Source: an uncultured Gammaproteobacteria bacterium
GTDB lineage: Bacteria; Patescibacteriota; Microgenomatia; UBA10105; UBA927
Assembly (NCBI GenBank): GCA_964400835.1
Contig: CAYNWD010000001.1
Coordinates: forward strand, 54,487-101,240
DNA: 46,754 nt
Direction of reading: 5' to 3'
A program made the position numbers and the translations under genes. A model generated the notes under the pieces. The model worked only from the letters and a program-made list of their open reading frames with translations. It did not search any database and was not told the DNA's origin. Shown piece by piece: positions 26,688 through 35,329 of the stretch (positions within the stretch are counted from its first letter, which is position 1; every line of letters begins with the position of its first letter).

Positions 26688-27380
26688 ATGAAAAAATTCC
26701 TAAGCGTCCTCCTCGTCCTTTTTCTCCTTCTGGCCGGCGGCGTCTGGTACATGCTCCGGCCGGCCTCCCTGGGCATAGCTGCGACGAAAGAAAATCTGGA
26801 TTCCATCCATGCCAAGCTGGGCGTGACATTTGAACCGCTCACCGGATCCGCTACCGGCAAAACCCTTATTCTTTCCGGCTCCCACCCGGTGGACCAAACA
26901 TTTACCAGTGAAGAGCTCACTGCCGGCGTCAACAACCGGAGTAATCATTATGCCTACTTTCCTTTTCGCAACGTGCAGATCCGGGTAAACGCCGACGGCA
27001 CGGTCGAGGGGTCGGCAACCGTATCCTTTGCCGACGCCGTCGCCTATCTTGTGGCGCTGGGCGTATCCGGCAAAGATATTGAATCCGGCGCCAAAGAATT
27101 TAATATCCCCAAGACAACACTGCCGGTGTACCTCAAGGTTTCCGGCAATATTACCGACAACAGCAGTTCTATCGCAGTCGCAGCCGCCCGCATAAGCAGA
27201 ATTCCGGTACCGCAGGATATTATTGCCCAGTACACGCCCCAGCTCAACGAACTCATCGAAGACGTCATAGACAGTAGAAAACCCAATTACCACATTGAAC
27301 GGCTGACAGTCGAAAACGGTCGCGTGCGCTTTGTGGGCACGGCACCGGACAAAGAGCAGGCCAGTCGAAGCATCAACTGA
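26688..27380 (+). CDS. Membrane-anchored hypothetical protein
   Basis: Start MKKFLSVLLVLFLLLAGGVWYML. The upstream part of track ORF 26430.. is repeat sequence. Confidence 0.55.
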   Translation: MKKFLSVLLVLFLLLAGGVWYMLRPASLGIAATKENLDSIHAKLGVTFEPLTGSATGKTLILSGSHPVDQTFTSEELTAGVNNRSNHYAYFPFRNVQIRVNADGTVEGSATVSFADAVAYLVALGVSGKDIESGAKEFNIPKTTLPVYLKVSGNITDNSSSIAVAAARISRIPVPQDIIAQYTPQLNELIEDVIDSRKPNYHIERLTVENGRVRFVGTAPDKEQASRSIN

Positions 27381-28155
27381 CCGACCGAATTTTCAAAAAT
27401 ACTATATTCCCCAAAAGAAGTGCTGCTGCAAACGTGTCCGGCAGCGCCGATATTGGTGCGAGAAATAGTGCAACAACCGCCACAAAAACCCCATACAAAA
27501 TCTGGACCCCGAACCGAACCGGCGATGTGCGCGGCTCAGGCAGCATCACCCCTGCAAAAAAAAGAACCGTCGGATCAAAAGCCCTGGCCGCGATAAGTGG
27601 CCATGACACAGGCAGCCTGAATCCGTGGGAGAGTACACTGTAGGTGAACACAAAACCTGCAATCGCAGGAAATCTCCGCAGTTTTCCCCCCGAAACCAAA
27701 AGCGGAGAAACCAGAAGCGCAAACAAAAGGAAATCGGCGACACTCCCTCCCTGCACCAGTTGAAATGAAACGCCCCACCACGAAACCGGAAGGCCCAAAA
27801 GGAGTCCAGCGGCGACCAGTCCGAACGCCGCCGGGTTAAAAAGTATTTTTGCGCCGAGCCGCAGAAAGAGCTTGGAGGAGATGGCCAAAAAGCTTATGAG
27901 GGCAAGCTGCCACCACGCAGCGTCGGGAGAAACCAGAAGGCCGATGATACAACCCGTGACCGCAGCAGCATACGAGGGAAACCATGTCCGCTTTTTCATG
28001 AAGAAAAAAAGTTCATCGAACAAAACGCAGAAGGCGACGGACAAGCCGATGAGCCGCAGTCCTGTCAGTGCCGGGTAGCGCACTATGGTCGAAATCCCGA
28101 TAAGAAGAAGGAGAATCCCAAGCTGTACCTTGGGCATGCGGAGCACATGCGTCAT
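27373..28155 (-). CDS. Polytopic membrane protein (RnfD/NqrB-like resemblance only)
   Basis: 260 aa with about 8 TM segments and an ILFNPAAFGL motif reminiscent of the RnfD/NqrB family. Confidence 0.55.
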   Translation of the reverse strand: MTHVLRMPKVQLGILLLLIGISTIVRYPALTGLRLIGLSVAFCVLFDELFFFMKKRTWFPSYAAAVTGCIIGLLVSPDAAWWQLALISFLAISSKLFLRLGAKILFNPAAFGLVAAGLLLGLPVSWWGVSFQLVQGGSVADFLLFALLVSPLLVSGGKLRRFPAIAGFVFTYSVLSHGFRLPVSWPLIAARAFDPTVLFFAGVMLPEPRTSPVRFGVQILYGVFVAVVALFLAPISALPDTFAAALLLGNIVFLKIRSVS

Positions 28156-28259
28156 ATTTCTACTCTATCACATGACTCTTTGCCCGAAATACCCGGTCGC
28201 AAGCTGAATCGATAACTGTGTCTTCGATAATTGTGCGACGGATGTAGTATAATAAAGAC

Positions 28260-28685
28260 GTGCAGAATCATTTTTTTGTCAGCGGATTTCTTTACCACCA
28301 GCCCACACAACAAGTTCTCCTGCAGCAGCTCCCTGCAGATTCCGCAGGAAATTTTGTTTTTTTCCGCCAAAAAAGTACCGACGGCGCGGCTCCCTCGTCA
28401 GTCTTTCGGCAGTGTCTGGAAGATGCCCTGGGTATAACGATCAAAGAAGACTCGGTTCAACCCGTGTACGATTATGTCCACAAGAGGCTGGGTGATTACT
28501 ATGTCTTTTATGTAAAAGTCGCCCATGCCAAACCACACACCAGTACATCCGGCCACACGCTCTCCTGGGTTCCCTTGGCGCGCGCATCCAAGTACCCCAT
28601 GAGTGAACAAACGCGCCACGACCTGGTGATAGCCGAGCGCGTCATGCGCTCGCTTCTTCCGGCCGATACTCCCAGCCGGCACTAA
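28260..28685 (+). CDS. Hypothetical protein, possibly a degenerate NUDIX fold
   Basis: DGAAPSSVFRQCLEDALGI weakly resembles a Nudix box that lacks its key Glu residues. Confidence 0.4.
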   Translation: MQNHFFVSGFLYHQPTQQVLLQQLPADSAGNFVFFRQKSTDGAAPSSVFRQCLEDALGITIKEDSVQPVYDYVHKRLGDYYVFYVKVAHAKPHTSTSGHTLSWVPLARASKYPMSEQTRHDLVIAERVMRSLLPADTPSRH

Positions 28686-28699
28686 CCGCTCTCCTTTTT

Positions 28700-29884
28700 T
28701 TAGACAAACGTTACTGCCGTCCCTGTTTTGTCCGCGCGACCCGTGCGGCCGATCCGGTGGATGTAGTCGTCGTATGTCTGGGGAATATCGTAGTTTATGA
28801 CATGGCTCACGTTGTCTATGTCCAAACCCCGCGAGGCGACGTCGGTGGCAAGAAGAATCGTGATTTCATTGTTTTTAAACTGTGACAGCACCCGCTGGCG
28901 CTGACCCTGGCGCTTATTGCCGTGAATGGCACCGGCGGCAAACCCGCGGCTCGTGAGCTCCAGCGCAAGCTTTTCGACCCCCCACTTGGTCCTGCCAAAA
29001 ATAAGCACCTTGTCGTACCCCTCCTGGATAAGGAGATCATGCAGGTATTCAATTTTTGTTTTTCCGTTATTTACTTCAATAACGCGTTGCACGATATTTT
29101 CTGCCGCGTCTGCCGTTTTGACGGAAATAGTCACGGGATTGCGGACAAACTGAGATAAGATGCCCGACACCTTCCCCGACACGGTTGCAGAAAAAAAGAG
29201 AGACTGGCGCTCATGCGGCAAAAGGGAGATAAAGTACGAAATATCGTTGATAAATCCTATGTCGACCATACGGTCTGCTTCGTCCAGGACGACGTTGCGA
29301 AACTGCGACAGAGACAAAATCCGCTCTCCCACAAGGTCTTTTAACCTACCGGGCGTGCCGATGACGACATGGGCGCCGTTGCGCAGGTCCTGCCTTTGAC
29401 GCCACACGCCCGCGCCGCCAATGATCATGGCCCAGCGCACCCCCAGGCCGCGCGAAAAGTCGCGCAGTTCAGCGCCGATCTGCAGGGCAAGTTCGCGGGT
29501 CGGCGTAACGATAAGGACTTTCTGATTTCTGTCCTTTGATATTTTTTCGATTAAAGGGATGAGGAATGCAGCGGTTTTCCCCGTACCGGTATTGGCAATA
29601 CCGATGACATCGCGGCCTGCCATAATGGCCGGGATCGCCTGATCCTGGATGGGGGTCGGGACCGTGTAGCCTTTGCCCGCAATGTTGGCTAAAAGAGCCG
29701 GCGAGAGACCGAAGTGGGCAAATGTACGGCCGGGAAGCTCAACAGCTGTCGTCGCGGGAGTAGCGGGAGCCTGCGGCCGGCGGGAAGCGGCGCGGATAGC
29801 CGCAAGCACCGACCCGTTCGGCTGCATGAATCTGCTCCGTCTTTGGCCGTTCCCTGGCCGGTTTCGATAAAACTGTGGTCTCAT
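28700..29884 (-). CDS. DEAD-box ATP-dependent RNA helicase
   Basis: Q-motif PTPIQ, ANTGTGKTAAF, DEAD, SAT and HRIGRTGRA motifs. Confidence 0.95.
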   Translation of the reverse strand: MRPQFYRNRPGNGQRRSRFMQPNGSVLAAIRAASRRPQAPATPATTAVELPGRTFAHFGLSPALLANIAGKGYTVPTPIQDQAIPAIMAGRDVIGIANTGTGKTAAFLIPLIEKISKDRNQKVLIVTPTRELALQIGAELRDFSRGLGVRWAMIIGGAGVWRQRQDLRNGAHVVIGTPGRLKDLVGERILSLSQFRNVVLDEADRMVDIGFINDISYFISLLPHERQSLFFSATVSGKVSGILSQFVRNPVTISVKTADAAENIVQRVIEVNNGKTKIEYLHDLLIQEGYDKVLIFGRTKWGVEKLALELTSRGFAAGAIHGNKRQGQRQRVLSQFKNNEITILLATDVASRGLDIDNVSHVINYDIPQTYDDYIHRIGRTGRADKTGTAVTFV

Positions 29885-30028
29885 AGTTTGATTAAAAAAT
29901 GAAAGAAAAGAAACTGCCTAAATTAAAAGCGGTAACGGTGAGAGGGACAAGATAGGGGTTTATAAAAACGAAGTTCTTTTTAGTAGCTATCTTTATCTTA
30001 CGTCTCGTTGTCTGTCGTTCTAAATTAA

Positions 30029-30051
30029 GCAGATGCTTTTCTTTCATCTGC
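30029..30051 (-). terminator. Candidate intrinsic terminator after the small membrane-protein gene
   Basis: gcagatg / catctgc 7-bp stem with a 9-nt loop. On the minus strand it is followed by ttaattta. Confidence 0.4.
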
Positions 30052-30141
30052 CAACAACAAAGAGTATATCACACCCGGCTCCCCAAGTCCAGTCCGCGAA
30101 AGGGGAAACCTGTGACTTCTTTGTGTGAGAGTACGGGAACT

Positions 30142-30330
30142 TCATTTCACAATCTTCATGCCGTAGTACGCAAGGTAGCCGGCAATCCCGACGGCCAGCC
30201 AGCTCGCCCACATCGGCACGATCCAGTACCCGATGATTGCTTCCCACCCGTTTATGATCCGCAGTCCGTGCAAAACAAAAACCAAGGCAAAAATCCACCT
30301 CGTTGCCGCAACATATTCTTTGGCTTTCAT
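30142..30330 (-). CDS. Small two-TM membrane protein
   Basis: Start MKAKEYVAATRW, preceded by GGAGGTGA about 8 nt upstream. Confidence 0.5.
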   Translation of the reverse strand: MKAKEYVAATRWIFALVFVLHGLRIINGWEAIIGYWIVPMWASWLAVGIAGYLAYYGMKIVK

Positions 30331-30390
30331 ATTTCTCTCACCTCCTCTTTCTTCCACTATAGCACCTCTCCCGCAGGAAAAACACGGCAG

Positions 30391-30972
30391 CTACAATACC
30401 CGCCTCCTGCTTCCCAAAATCATTGCGACAACGACTGAAAAATTTGCACAGACGATATAAAACGGGTATGCAAGCAGCACCGGATCAGGCCGACCCACCG
30501 CAAGCATGCCGAATATTCCCGAGGTTCCGGAGAGAATCCACGTGCTCATTGTTTCGCTTGCCGGGTCTTCGTAGGCTTTGAGAACAGTCAGCACCGTCCC
30601 AAAACTGTCAACAACAATGACCAAAAATAAAGCCAAGTACGCGTGGCTCGTCAGATACCAAAGTACTAAACCAACCCCCGCGCCAGCCAGTGCTTTTCTA
30701 TCCCGGCTCCCCAGTCCACCGTACCCGTATTTGACGGAAAGCACAAAAACGGAAAATACTGCAAGCGTTTGACCGGCTGTAAGCCATAACGAATGGGAAG
30801 CGCCTTCTGCTAACTGGGAAAAAAACGCGATAAAGCCCAACACTGTCCAAATAAACCAGGATGCGCGCTCGGGTCGGGTGGTACCCCGAAAAATATCCCG
30901 GATGTAGGGAACAACCATCGCAACACTCAAAAGCGCCGAGAGGTAACCGAAAACTTGAAGCATGACCCGCAT
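30391..30972 (-). CDS. Polytopic membrane protein, unknown function
   Basis: 193 aa with about 6 TM segments. Confidence 0.6.
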   Translation of the reverse strand: MRVMLQVFGYLSALLSVAMVVPYIRDIFRGTTRPERASWFIWTVLGFIAFFSQLAEGASHSLWLTAGQTLAVFSVFVLSVKYGYGGLGSRDRKALAGAGVGLVLWYLTSHAYLALFLVIVVDSFGTVLTVLKAYEDPASETMSTWILSGTSGIFGMLAVGRPDPVLLAYPFYIVCANFSVVVAMILGSRRRVL

Positions 30973-31081
30973 TATATCAGGGGTGCATCACGGTGTGTCT
31001 TTGAAGGTTTTGCTTCCATTAGTTTTCTGCCCTGTGACGTAGTTTTGAAACCGCACGCTGTACATAAGCGGGTAGTGGGAA

Positions 31082-31753
31082 TTAAAACGGAATATCCGAG
31101 GTGTCCGGATGCGCGAGTAGTTCACCCACATGCCGGTATTTGCACCAGCTGCAATTGGGATTTTCGGGAGGTATCGGTCCTTCCAGTAGGCTACTCACTT
31201 CTCCCATAAATTTTAGGAAAGAATCTTTTTGAATAGCAATTTCCATCCACTGCGGCGGGAAACTGATGAGGGCCTGGCCGTCGGCAAAGGCCACCTGATC
31301 CGGATACATGATGACGAGTCCCATCTTCGTAATATTTTTCGCCTCTCCCCGCGCCGGATGCTCGAATGCATAATGATAAGCCAGAAGCTGCGTCTGGTAC
31401 TTTGTGACCTTTTCTTCATCAGGTTTACTGATTTTAAAGTCGACAATGAGGTAGGTGCCGTCGGGTTGGCGCACCAGAAGATCGTATTTTCCTTTTATGT
31501 ATACCTTGGTCCCCGGCACCGGCTGCGACTCGATAAATCCCCCCTGACTCTCCACCTTGCCGTGCGGCAAAACCGGCGAAAGCGCGCGAAGGTCGCCGCC
31601 GACGAGCGCGCCCTGCAGGCGGGTGTTTAATGCAGTAAACACCGCCGGCATGATAGACCTGGGCCGCTCAATCCGCTGCTTTATTTTGAGGTAATAGCAC
31701 AGTTTGCATTCCTCCCAGAGGTAGGCAAAGTCAGAGGGCGACAATTTAAACAT
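31082..31753 (-). CDS. PD-(D/E)XK nuclease, Cas4/RecB-like, with four Cys
   Basis: GKYDLLV..LIVDFKISK (D..D-x-K core), plus N-terminal CKLC and C-terminal CSWC pairs. Confidence 0.7.
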   Translation of the reverse strand: MFKLSPSDFAYLWEECKLCYYLKIKQRIERPRSIMPAVFTALNTRLQGALVGGDLRALSPVLPHGKVESQGGFIESQPVPGTKVYIKGKYDLLVRQPDGTYLIVDFKISKPDEEKVTKYQTQLLAYHYAFEHPARGEAKNITKMGLVIMYPDQVAFADGQALISFPPQWMEIAIQKDSFLKFMGEVSSLLEGPIPPENPNCSWCKYRHVGELLAHPDTSDIPF

Positions 31754-31799
31754 ATGTGTACATTACGCTCGCCTGACGAAGTCCTGAGTGAAACCGAAG

Positions 31800-31829
31800 G
31801 GCGAAATCAGAAGGCGACAATTTAAACAT
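31800..31829 (-). repeat. Duplicate of the first 10 codons of the nuclease gene
   Basis: Minus-strand ATGTTTAAATTGTCGCCTTCTGATTTCGCC compared with the gene start (31753..31724) ATGTTTAAATTGTCGCCCTCTGACTTTGCC. There are 3 differences, all synonymous third positions. Confidence 0.85.
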
Positions 31830-31887
31830 ACCCGCATAGTACACCTTGGCGGCCTTCCGTGCCTAGTCAAGCCTTCTAAAGACTAGG

Positions 31888-31929
31888 TGTGAAGCTGTTT
31901 CACATCCAAGGTGCAATACGTTCACATCC
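31888..31929. repeat. 42-nt element, copy 1 (upstream of the nuclease gene, 15 nt downstream of the 460-aa gene)
   Basis: tgtgaagctgtttcacatccaaggtgcaatacgttcacatcc. Contains TGTGA-N7-TCACA. Confidence 0.8.
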
Positions 31930-31943
31930 GATTTTGAAATGAA

Positions 31944-33326
31944 CTAGCTATGTTGCTTGCGATTTCTCCTTTTGTGATCAATAGCCCTTTTATAGTCAGC
32001 GGAGACAGCTTTATATTCCTTGCTCCATGATAAAAATCGGTTCCCAATAATTCTTCTCCAAGAAAAACCCATAAACTCAATTGGCGCGGTATTGTAGTTG
32101 AGCTGCGCCTGTAATGCACGGACGCGAAGTTCTTCAAGCTCATCCTTATCACCATTAAAATTTTCTCCGCTGGCTAAGATTTCTGCTCTAACTTGCTGAA
32201 TACCATCATATGCTTCTTGGTAAAGCTTGCCTGTTCTCTCTTTCTCTCCCGAATTTCCCTGCCATGCAAGCTTAGACCAAACGAAATGGGCAATTTCTTC
32301 TATGCTGACCCCAATGAAATAAGCAAACGACTCCGGATTGGTTACAAAAATGTCGTTTTTGAATTCCCCGCTTAACTCGTTTAATGCGCCCTGCGAAAAA
32401 ACTATAAAACGCGAGTTCTCACCATCATTGCCCGGCAACTCTACATATGCAGCTTCCCCTCCGCTCATTTCCTCGTCGAACACTACGAGGGGGGGCTCAC
32501 CCGCCACCCCCAAAGGCACTTGAAAAATCCTGCGAGCCAGGCTAAGCGAAAAGAGGTATATCCAAGCCAACTCTTTTCGCTTAGCGAGCGTATTCTGTTC
32601 AGTCTTGCCTTTGGAATTACCCAGGGTAAACATTTCGACAATCCAACTCAAATCTCTCTGTTTTCGGCTGCGCCAGCTAAGGTAATCTTCATGAAGATCA
32701 TTGTATGTTTCTGCCTCTCCTGGCTCAATAATTAAATCGGGCATCAATTCCTTCAACTTTTGTGCCTCTGATGCAGTTGGATACTTGTGGTCGACCGATG
32801 CCAACCGTACTCCGGCAAGTCCTCGCTCACTTAAAATATATTCCTTCTCTACTTGTCTTGGATTAAACGCGGGATGAGCTTTCCAATAAGTAAAGATGTT
32901 TTCAGGTGGCACCTCAAACCCCAGGACTGGGGAGAACCCGCCATTATGCCGCTCGGCAAAAGCTCGTCTAGTGAGATCATAATCTGCGCTTAACGAATCG
33001 AAAGGACCAATAGCAACCCACTGACCGCTTACCTCCCTTAGGGCGCGGAAAAGTATGACGCCATCGACTCCCAACGTCTCTCCCATCTCTTTCTTAAGTA
33101 TCGACTGAGCAACATGTTCAATCTCCTGTGCGGTTTGGGGGTCTTTTTTGATTTCTTCTAAAAATTTTTTTTTATCTTCTGGTCGACCAGCTCCAACCCA
33201 TCGTGCAAGAGAAACGTGAAGTGGGGGCACACCCAAATCCTCGGGAGAACCAAGTCTACTGGAATACTTACTGAGCAACGACTTCCAATGATCTATTCTC
33301 TGCTTAGGTAGGTCGCTCTCGGCCAT
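31944..33326 (-). CDS. Orphan 460-aa protein, unknown function
   Basis: Long ORF in an AT-richer segment. I recognise no family. Confidence 0.65.
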   Translation of the reverse strand: MAESDLPKQRIDHWKSLLSKYSSRLGSPEDLGVPPLHVSLARWVGAGRPEDKKKFLEEIKKDPQTAQEIEHVAQSILKKEMGETLGVDGVILFRALREVSGQWVAIGPFDSLSADYDLTRRAFAERHNGGFSPVLGFEVPPENIFTYWKAHPAFNPRQVEKEYILSERGLAGVRLASVDHKYPTASEAQKLKELMPDLIIEPGEAETYNDLHEDYLSWRSRKQRDLSWIVEMFTLGNSKGKTEQNTLAKRKELAWIYLFSLSLARRIFQVPLGVAGEPPLVVFDEEMSGGEAAYVELPGNDGENSRFIVFSQGALNELSGEFKNDIFVTNPESFAYFIGVSIEEIAHFVWSKLAWQGNSGEKERTGKLYQEAYDGIQQVRAEILASGENFNGDKDELEELRVRALQAQLNYNTAPIEFMGFSWRRIIGNRFLSWSKEYKAVSADYKRAIDHKRRNRKQHS

Positions 33327-33375
33327 ATTCTTTTTTCTTTATACAATAATTTTTATCTGTGGAGCAACCGTTTGC

Positions 33376-33417
33376 TGTGAAGCTCTTTCACTTCCCGGGC
33401 GCAATACGTTCACTTCC
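33376..33417. repeat. 42-nt element, copy 2 (about 50 nt upstream of the 460-aa gene start)
   Basis: tgtgaagctctttcacttcccgggcgcaatacgttcacttcc. 36/42 positions match copy 1 by eye. Confidence 0.8.
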
Positions 33418-33474
33418 CCAGGCGAAATACCGGGCCGGGCAGCGCAATTGTGCGTTGCAAAATATTGCGAAAAA

Positions 33475-33756
33475 TCAACTTCGGGACCGAAGCCACCAGG
33501 ATTTGAAGACTCCCAGAGAAAGTGTCGAGATAAAGTACCCCACAGCCGGGATGATGGCGGAGATAAACGGACGATCAACGTTTAGAACGATGAGGAAGAG
33601 GGAAATCAAAAGATATGTAGCAAGACCAATGAAGATCCGCCGGGGCCGGCTCGTTTCCCACGCCTTATCCAGCTCGACCTTTCGATTGCGTTCGTTAATT
33701 TCTCTAATGTCCTGTTCTAATGCTTCAAGCGTTATCATGCTGTCCTTATTGTACAT
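33475..33756 (-). CDS. Small protein with an N-terminal coiled-coil and two C-terminal TM helices
   Basis: ITLEALEQDIREINERNRKVELDKAWE, then two hydrophobic helices. Confidence 0.5.
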   Translation of the reverse strand: MYNKDSMITLEALEQDIREINERNRKVELDKAWETSRPRRIFIGLATYLLISLFLIVLNVDRPFISAIIPAVGYFISTLSLGVFKSWWLRSRS

Positions 33757-33794
33757 CCTCTCTCCCGCTTTCGGCTATGAAAATCATCGAAAAC

Positions 33795-34196
33795 CTATTG
33801 CCGGTCTTTTCGCCGGTACACGAATTTCAGCCCGGACCAAATTTCGTCAATAGCAGCCACTTTTATATCGACAAGCCCATGGTCTAATCCGATCTTCATG
33901 ACCTCATTCTCGTCCAGGTCGCTCGGAACGTGAGAGCTTTTTTTGGGCCAAGCGATCCAAAGCATGCCGTCAAACTGTAAATGTGATTTTAATTTCGGAA
34001 AATTCTCCTGCAGTTCGCGTTTAGATTTTGTAAAAAACAGGATAAAGGCTGAACTGCTTTTCAGCGTATGGAAAACACTGATGCCGTCAACATGAAAGTT
34101 CTTCGGGGGCTGCAATACCACCGCAGGAACCCCTTCTTTCATTCCCAATTTATCACGAAGAGATCTTTTTGAATACCCAAAAGATTTTCCAACCAT
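33795..34196 (-). CDS. DUF3052-like protein
   Basis: GYSKRSLRDKLGMKEG..MLWIAWPKKSS..GLVDIKVAAIDEIWSGLKFVYRRKDR matches my memory of DUF3052. Confidence 0.65.
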   Translation of the reverse strand: MVGKSFGYSKRSLRDKLGMKEGVPAVVLQPPKNFHVDGISVFHTLKSSSAFILFFTKSKRELQENFPKLKSHLQFDGMLWIAWPKKSSHVPSDLDENEVMKIGLDHGLVDIKVAAIDEIWSGLKFVYRRKDRQ

Positions 34197-34266
34197 TGGT
34201 TTTATGGTAGCATAATCAAACTCCCTGGCTATCCCCCCTCACGGAAAACGTACTATACTTAAAAAG

Positions 34267-35232
34267 ATGCGAGCCGCTCTTTTTGTCTTTTTTTTCATTC
34301 TTTTTTCCCTTGCTTCTCCGTTTCCCGGCCTTGCGAAGAACAGCGCCGATCCGGTGAATTCGACGATCGCGGCCAGTACCACGCTCCTGCCTGCAGACGG
34401 ACTAACCACCGCGACCATTTCCGTAACGGTAAAGGATAGTTTCAAAAATCCCCTGTCCGGGGATCATATTAAATTGACCGGGAGCGCTGATCCGGGACTT
34501 GTTATAAGCGGCGGGGCGGCGGGCGTCAATCATTTCACTGCGGCCACGGATTCCAACGGAAAAGTCAATTTTACCGTCAGCAGCCGGAACATAAGCCCCG
34601 GAACCGTCACCTTCACCGCCACTGACACCAGCGATCTCCCGCCGGTCACTCTGGGCACCATACGCATCACCTTCACTCCCGCATCCCTCGCGCCGGATCC
34701 CTCCTGCAAAGATTCGGCCCCCACCGGCGCCCCGATGCTTCGGTCCGCAGTTTCAAGCGGTGCAAACCGGATAACCCTGACCTGGACGGAGGCAGCCGAT
34801 CCGGTGAGTTATTATCTGGTCGCCTATGGCACGGCACCGGGGCAGTATACGTATGGCAATCCCAACGTCGGCGGCCGCGGCACTACCTCCTATACCGTAG
34901 GCAGCCTGGTAAACGGCGCCACGTATTACTTTGTGATCAGGGCCGGGAACGGATGCGCGCCGGGAAGCTATTCCAACGAACTTACCGCGGTTGCAGGAGG
35001 AACCGCACAGGCGCCCACTGCCACACCCCGAACGACGAGTAAACCAACGGCTCCCCCGCCGGCGCCAACACAAACAGATATACCCACTCCCACACCGATC
35101 CTCCTCGTTCCCACGCTTGTGGCCGATAGTGTAAGCACAAACATTTTGCAGCGCGCTCTTCTGTTTATTTTTGCCCTGGGAATCGCCGGGATCGCCGGAA
35201 TTATCTACCGGATGAAGCTTCGCAAAGCATGA
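34267..35232 (+). CDS. Surface protein with signal peptide, Ig-like (Big_1/invasin-type) domain, FN3 domain, Pro/Thr linker and C-terminal TM anchor
   Basis: STIAASTTLLPADGLTTATISVTVKD (Big_1-like), ITLTWTEAADPVSYYLVAYG..TSYTVGSLVNGATYYFVIRA (FN3), and TPRTTSKPTAPPPAPTQTDIPTPTP followed by a TM segment. Confidence 0.75.
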   Translation: MRAALFVFFFILFSLASPFPGLAKNSADPVNSTIAASTTLLPADGLTTATISVTVKDSFKNPLSGDHIKLTGSADPGLVISGGAAGVNHFTAATDSNGKVNFTVSSRNISPGTVTFTATDTSDLPPVTLGTIRITFTPASLAPDPSCKDSAPTGAPMLRSAVSSGANRITLTWTEAADPVSYYLVAYGTAPGQYTYGNPNVGGRGTTSYTVGSLVNGATYYFVIRAGNGCAPGSYSNELTAVAGGTAQAPTATPRTTSKPTAPPPAPTQTDIPTPTPILLVPTLVADSVSTNILQRALLFIFALGIAGIAGIIYRMKLRKA

Positions 35233-35305
35233 AGCTTCGCCAAGCTAAGCTAAGCTAAGCTAAACTACGCTTTGATTGCAGGGAGGCCGCCAAATCGCTC
35301 CGGAA
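35212..35305 (+). repeat. Degenerate family-1-like repeat (copy D) with an internal tandem duplication and a pentanucleotide run
   Basis: The unit atgaagcttcgc occurs twice, followed by (agcta)x4 at 35243..35262, then acgctttgattgcagggaggccgccaaatcgctccggaa, which resembles copy B. Confidence 0.55.
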
Positions 35306-35329
35306 AAATAGAAAAGCCAGATCGAATCT

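Noticed and set aside
29885-30028. Long AT-rich leader of the DEAD-box helicase as a distinct ncRNA
   Set aside because: Long 5' UTRs are usual for cold-shock-type DEAD-box helicase genes. I saw no conserved motif or repeat, so I treat it as an ordinary leader.
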